DNA of 64,000 bases. Source: the human T2T-CHM13v2.0 reference genome, Homo sapiens. Of the stretch, positions 57,308 to 64,000 are shown piece by piece. The notes beneath the pieces were generated by a model, which saw only the letters and a program-made list of their open reading frames with translations, ran no database searches and was not told the DNA's origin. Location of the stretch: assembly GCF_009914755.1 (NCBI RefSeq), contig NC_060936.1; one strand, given 5' to 3'. Each line of letters opens with the position of its first letter. Position 1 is the stretch's first letter. The translations under genes were made by a program, and so were the position numbers.

Positions 57308-60024
57308 GTTTTTCTATAATTCACTCAGTTGGTGGTATATCTGTTATAGCAGCAAAAATGAAGTAAGAAAAAGTTATTCTAGCTTCTGAAATAGTAGCAG
57401 GTTTTGAAACAATATCTATTCAAATTATGACAAATTTGGTTAGATTGAAGATTCTACTTGGAAAATTTTTCAAGTGTATAACTCACATATTTGTATATTA
57501 CAGCCGTTTTTCCCCAGAAGCAATTCTGATACACCTAAGCATGGCACCATTTGAAGAAAATGATATCTATGTCATTGAAGATTTCTTTGCTAGTTTATTT
57601 CAAATCAAAATTAGAAATAAACGACAAAGTAGTCATACTTTTCTCACATTTTTGACCCCATGTTAATTCCCATTCTCTGACTTACATTAAGAGGCATAAT
57701 TTGAACATTTTTAAAGGGAAATTAAGATACTGCCTTTTTAATATGAATATTATAAATGAATAAGTAGAGAATTATAGATCACTTGGAATGGAGACATTCA
57801 ACATTTGTAAAATGATTTTATATTTTATGCATTATTTTATATAATTACATTATTTTATATTTTTACATTTTACATTTATATTTTTACATGAAAATATTTT
57901 ATATTTGTACAAATATTTACATTATTTGAAAATAATCTGTAGTTGCTTATTGGGTTTTTTTTGGGGATTATTTTGTAATGAGAATCTAAATGTGACAGTT
58001 ACGGAACATCTTAGTTATCAGCACATTTTGGCAGTCTTTTTGGTCATGTTGATTCTGGTCTTAGCTGTGTTTATATTTTAAAGAACAATGGGAAATAGGA
58101 TGATTGCTCTTATCACAAACAACAGAAGGACACAGAGAGCTGAGCTGTGTGTACAATGACATGTTGTATTAGAGATGTGTCATATTGATTTAATTCAGCT
58201 GATCATAAACTAGGTCCTGATAGTTCACATTTGCTATGTGCCTTCTTTTCAGTCTGATAATCTTTTGCTATTTGTGTTTTGCAATTTGAGTCTTTTCCTT
58301 TCTTTGTTCTAAATACTCCCAGTCTATTTTCTAAGGTAGAAAATCATACTCATTCTGAATTTTTATCTACTTTAGCTACTTTTTTGTTTCTTAAGATTCA
58401 GTATCCATTAATTGTTCCATATCCATATCCTTTTTAGAGAATTATAAGTTCCCTATACGTTCTTAATAGGGACTTTCTATATTCCTATAAATTATTCTCT
58501 CATGTTGGAGATTACCTCCACGTGTACTTATTTGCAATGAGGAAGTGCAAAAATTTTACTTTGAAATTCAGTTACCTTCAGGACTTTCAAATTTCTCACC
58601 TGGGAAGCTATAAATACAAGGGTCTGGCAATAATTCTCTCCCGTGGCATGCAAATGAGTCCAAGAACTAATTATTATCAACCAAAGCCCCACAGTTTCTA
58701 TAACTGGAAATTCCGTAATGCACCTTAACAGTTCCTGTGGGAGGAATCTTTTCAGTGTAAAATGTCTGTTGGACACCATTTTGTTGGCAGAGCTGTTCCA
58801 AAAGATGGTCTGCACTGTGTCCCTGTCTCATCAGACTGAATGAATGCATAAGGAACATAATACCTGCTATGTCCTCTGTGCCCACGTAATCCGCTCACAG
58901 TGATTAGATTAGAGGATGCCACCAAGTGATCCTCTGTTGTTTTCCATCTTATTATAACCCACGATTTCCCAGTCTGTTGTATTCTACTTGGTCTTTATAT
59001 TTGTACCCCCAAATTTCCAGGAGGTGTTTAGAAAATTTTCTCCTAATTCAATGAGAGAATAAAACTGTTTATTACTATGTGCAGAGGTACGGATAAATGA
59101 GATTTTTAGATCAGAGATGTTAGCTGATCATAACTCTGATCATAACTGTCTTTATGTATAGTTCAGTCATCTTGGCATTAACCCACACCTGGAAAATTTG
59201 TGTCTTTGCATGCTGTAACAATTCACCTTATTTTGAGCTTAAACAAAGCAATAATCAGATATTTCTTGAAACCAATGGGAAAAGTGAAAATGAACTAATG
59301 TTAATTGAGCACCAATTTGTATTGTGTGATTTTACATATATTACTACATTTAATTTCCAAAACAACATAATGAGGTGGGCATTACTATCCTTGGGTTCAC
59401 ACATATTGAGAAGTGATGGGATCGGACTTAAGAATCTCTATCTGACTTACAAAGCTCATAATCTTTTCATTAAAATTTGCTTTCTCTGTGTCAACACAGT
59501 AACAGAAATGTTCCTTCGGCCTGGGTTTGAGGAGAAGAATGAGTAGATATCCTTTGATTAGGAGACAATTGCCTTCTGACCTCATCATTACTGGACATAT
59601 TGTCCTGGTCAGAAAGGCCACTCATCCTAAACTGTCCAAACATGTATCCAGAGGAGTTATCATCCCCTATTTTTACTCCAGTTTTATTCCAACAATGTTT
59701 AGTTCTTAGCAATGAGTGATCAATTTTCATGTTTGTTCTAAAAAGCATTAGACAATTGTATTCCAGTTAATTGGGTTATATATAATTATAAGTCAAACAA
59801 ATTGTGGGCCATCTATTTTGTGTTAAAATCAATATAAATAATATTTTTTGAGCATATTGAAGCTGTATTTAAAAATTATCATAATTCATATGCTATTCTA
59901 TATAATGATAATTTACATTTATCTTGCATTCATATATGCTTGTAGGATTAGTTTAAAATAATCATCCATAAGATGAACAGATATTCCTCGGATTTGGTAA
60001 ATATTCAAAATATCTTTGGAATAG

Positions 60025-60414
<390 letters not shown>

Positions 60415-61067
60415 AAGCACCTTATTTCTAATCCTCATAAAACCCCACAGGGAGATGTAAATACCCTCTTTTTCTAAATATGAAAACTTTGAGGCTTAGA
60501 CTATTTAAATATTTTATGTGAGGTCACAAACTAGCAAGTGGCAGAATCTGAAATCAAAAGTAGTGTTGGTTATGAAATTGCATGCAGTAAGCTATCCAAA
60601 CAGTTCTTATTCATTGGTTCCATCTTTTATCCTGTGCTTCAGTTGGCGTCAGGGACACTGGAATTCTGAGGCCTAGAGTCAGGGATAGAGATACGAGGCT
60701 CTGTTGAAATGGATGTCTTAGTTTTATCTATTACAAAACTAGTGATACCTTTTGATTCTTATTTGGTCCCCAGTGTTTGTCTGTAACATGATTGCTTCTA
60801 GTGAATGATTAGCATCCATAAAAATCCAAATTGAAAAACCAAGTTTTCTAATTCCAAGCTTCAGCCTTTATTCACTATACTGTGTTGTCTTTGTGAAATT
60901 TAATCTCTCTTTTTTACTTTAGGTGACAAATTAATTACTTTTCTTATCAGAACATAATCTAATAGTACCAGAATATGTTGGATAATATAACAGAAACTTA
61001 TATTCCCACCATTTAGCTTTATCAAATTATAGTTTTTTGCAGGTCACATTTTAAAAAAAAACTAATA

Positions 61068-61213
61068 GCCAGGCATTGTGGTGCTCACGTATGGTCCCTG
61101 CTACTTGAAAGGCTGAGGCGAGAGGATCACTTGAGCTCAGGAATTGAAGACAAGCCTGGGCAACACAGCAAGAACCCCATCTCTAAAACAAACAAACAAA
61201 AAATAACAAAAAC
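61068..61213 (+). mobile_element. Free Alu monomer (FLAM-like)
   Basis: Single arm with gaggatcacttgagctcagga...cctgggcaacacagcaagaacccc and an A-rich tail. Confidence 0.75.
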
Positions 61214-61409
61214 ATTACAGCTCCCTGGGCCCACACCTCCCTTGGATGCTCCCAAGCCCATTCTTCTTATTCTTTCTCAACAATTTCCCACCGTTCTGAA
61301 CTTCTGGCTTATCTTTCCCATTCATGTTGATGCACTATTACCACATATGTGTAATAAATCTATATATAGTATCATTTTGAATCCTACTGAAAAACATATA
61401 CACATTTCA

Positions 61410-62195
61410 ATTGTTCAGTTATTTCTGTATAATAAACTACCCCTAAAACTGTGACTTCGAGCCCAACAATACCATTTATTTTGCTAATGAATTTGTGATT
61501 TGGGCATATTTGGGTGGGATTAGTTCACCTCTGATCTACTTCTCATCATTTGGGACAGCTCAAGGGCAGGATCACATAAAACAAGGGTCGCTAAACCGCA
61601 GGCATTAGACCGGCACCAGTCTGTGGCCTGGTAGGACCTGGGCTGCCCAGCAGGGTGAGCAGCGGGCTAGCGAGCATAACCGCCTGAGCTCCGCCTCCTG
61701 TCAGATCAGCAGTGCATTAGAGTCTCATAGGAGTGAGAACCCTGTTGTGAAGGGCACATGGGAGGGATCTAAGTTGCACACTCCTTATGAGAATGCAACT
61801 AATGCCTGATCATCTGAGGTGGAACAGATTCATCTTGAAACCCCCGCTCCCCTACCACCTTCTGTCTGTAGAAAAACTGTCTTCCATGAAACTGGTCCCT
61901 GGTGCCAAAAATATTGGGGACCCCTGTCTGTCAATGTGAGTTTGTTTAAATGGCCCTTCACATGGGTTTCCTTACAGCATAGTAGTTGGGTTTCAAGAGT
62001 GAGCATTCTGAGAGAGAGCCAGCTGGACAATCCGGTTCCTTTTCTAAACTACCTTTAATGTCACACGGTGTCATTTCTGCTACATTCTATTATTTTATTT
62101 ATTAGAAGCCAGTCTCTAAATCCAGCCTATATTCTAGGGGAGATAGATATGTGTATCAAGAAATTTGTGGATGGTGTTTTGAAATTATGTTTTAC
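61410..62195 (-). mobile_element. Old MLT1 LTR split by MER1B
   Basis: ataaactacccctaaaact...ccatttattttgctaatgaattt and gtcatttctgctacattctatt..agaagccagtctctaa. Confidence 0.55.
61582..61926. mobile_element. MER1B (hAT-Charlie)
   Basis: gcctgagctccgcctcctgtcagatcagc...tccctggtgccaaaa..ttggggacccctg. Confidence 0.9.
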
Positions 62196-62954
62196 AGTAA
62201 ATATATCCTACTGTGCTTTTTTGTCTATGCTTTTAATTTATGCTTGTTGGTTCCCTTTATAGGGTTATATTATTCCATTATAAATATATCTGACAATATC
62301 AGCATAAATTTATGTTTATTATAATATAGGCATACATAGAAAAACAAATATAAATGTGTGTGTATATATACGTGTTAATGTTTATACATATATTTCCCAG
62401 CTGTTGGTGGAGAGGGCCCAGAGGTAATGACACTTTAGTAGCAATAGGCATACTAAGTGCCCAGATATTAGCATCCAAATAACATTCTCTGTTATAATGA
62501 ACCAAGGTTTGTGTTTGTAATTTTTTTAGGAAGAAACATAATTTTAGAGTTGGTGCAGGGAAAATATAAGCTGAACCTGGAGAATCTTCCATGCTGGAAT
62601 GTAAAGAAGTACTTAAAAACAAAATGCTGGTGGGCATGTAAGAGAGACAGGAGCCAATCTGAAAGAGCTTCTAATGGCCAAAGTGGGAAAAATTTGAGCA
62701 AGAATATATAGCATTTATTACATTATAATCTAAAGTAATGATAAATATAACTGTGCCCATACTGATAAGAATAAAGGAATGAATACATAAATAAATGGAG
62801 AAGAGACAAATCTTCCTTTCAGTAAATTTCCAAATAATTCATGTAGATACTACTTCCTCCAAGAGGGGCAGCTTAACGCCCCCGTCACACACTTGAATGT
62901 GGGCTGGACTTAGTGACTGGTTTCCAAAGGATAGGTTTAAAAAGTTCAAGTAAC

Positions 62955-63274
<320 letters not shown>

Positions 63275-63514
63275 TCAAGTAACTGACAATAAAGAAACCT
63301 GTCAGACATTACCTTAACCAAGTGATCAAGATCAACAACAAAAGTGATAAGTCACATTGATATGATATGATGTGCTCAGAAGAGCACTTCGCCACTGTGA
63401 TGTTCTTTCATAAAATCCATTACCCAAGTCTCAACATGAGAAAAAAAAAAATCAGTAAAACTGAAAGTGAGGAACATTCTACAAACTATGTGACCAAATC
63501 TCTCCAGAACTTTA

Positions 63515-63523
63515 GTGCGCACG

Positions 63524-63564
<41 letters not shown>
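63515..63564. repeat. (CG)n(CA)n microsatellite
   Basis: gtgcgcacgcgcgcgcgcacacac... Confidence 0.95.
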
Positions 63565-63566
<2 letters not shown>

Positions 63567-64000
63567 CAAAAGAAAATACTCTAAGACACTGTTCCAGATC
63601 AGAGGAGACTATGATGACTAGATGCAATAAGGGATCCTGGATTGGATCTTGTAACTACAACAAAAAGGCAATGGTGAGAGATTTGGAAAGGTCTTTAAAA
63701 AAATCTTTAGTTTCTTTTTGCACAAATACGAACTTCTGCAATGATTATGCAAGATTTGAGTATTGTTGTAAGCTTAGTGAAGGGTATAAAGAAACTCCTT
63801 GTACTATTTTTGCAACTTTTTATAAATCTAAAATTATTCCAAATAGACTTATCCCATTCCCACTTTTGCATTCAATACTAGAATAGGGACAGAGAATTTG
63901 TCACTTGATTCATAAGTTAATGTACTATGAGTTGCTAGAACAAGCTGACATGATAGAAAGAATAACACATCCCCCAGAGTTTCTAACATTGAACTGCATC

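Overview
This is AT-rich primate (almost certainly human or ape) genomic DNA dominated by transposable elements. I found no supportable cellular protein-coding exon, RNA gene or CRISPR array. The recognisable ORFs are decayed L1 or HERV-H fragments, and the rest look spurious. The first 21.5 kb is one nested stack. An ancient L1M (minus strand) is split by a full-length L1PB (4396-18465, with TSD and YY1 5' end) and by a truncated L1PA7-like copy. The L1PB carries a solo LTR7Y (+), a 5.9-kb HERV-H/LTR7 provirus (-), a solo HML-2 LTR5A/B-type LTR (-) and two Alus. The three ERV insertions each have their own TSD and lie within about 1.2 kb of original L1 sequence. The solo LTR7Y and the proviral 3' LTR form an inverted pair only 485 bp apart, which could give convergent transcription and a dsRNA hairpin. 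The rest of the window is ordinary intronic or intergenic DNA with MaLR LTRs, MIR/L2, DNA transposon relics, Alus and L1s, one of them twin-primed. It also holds several mutational fossils: a 43-bp sequence copied 6.8 kb away and a quasi-palindrome correction in an L1PA. I see no evidence for a new gene system; the ERV cluster is the best candidate for new regulatory biology. Subfamily names come from recalled consensus features and need RepeatMasker/Dfam confirmation.
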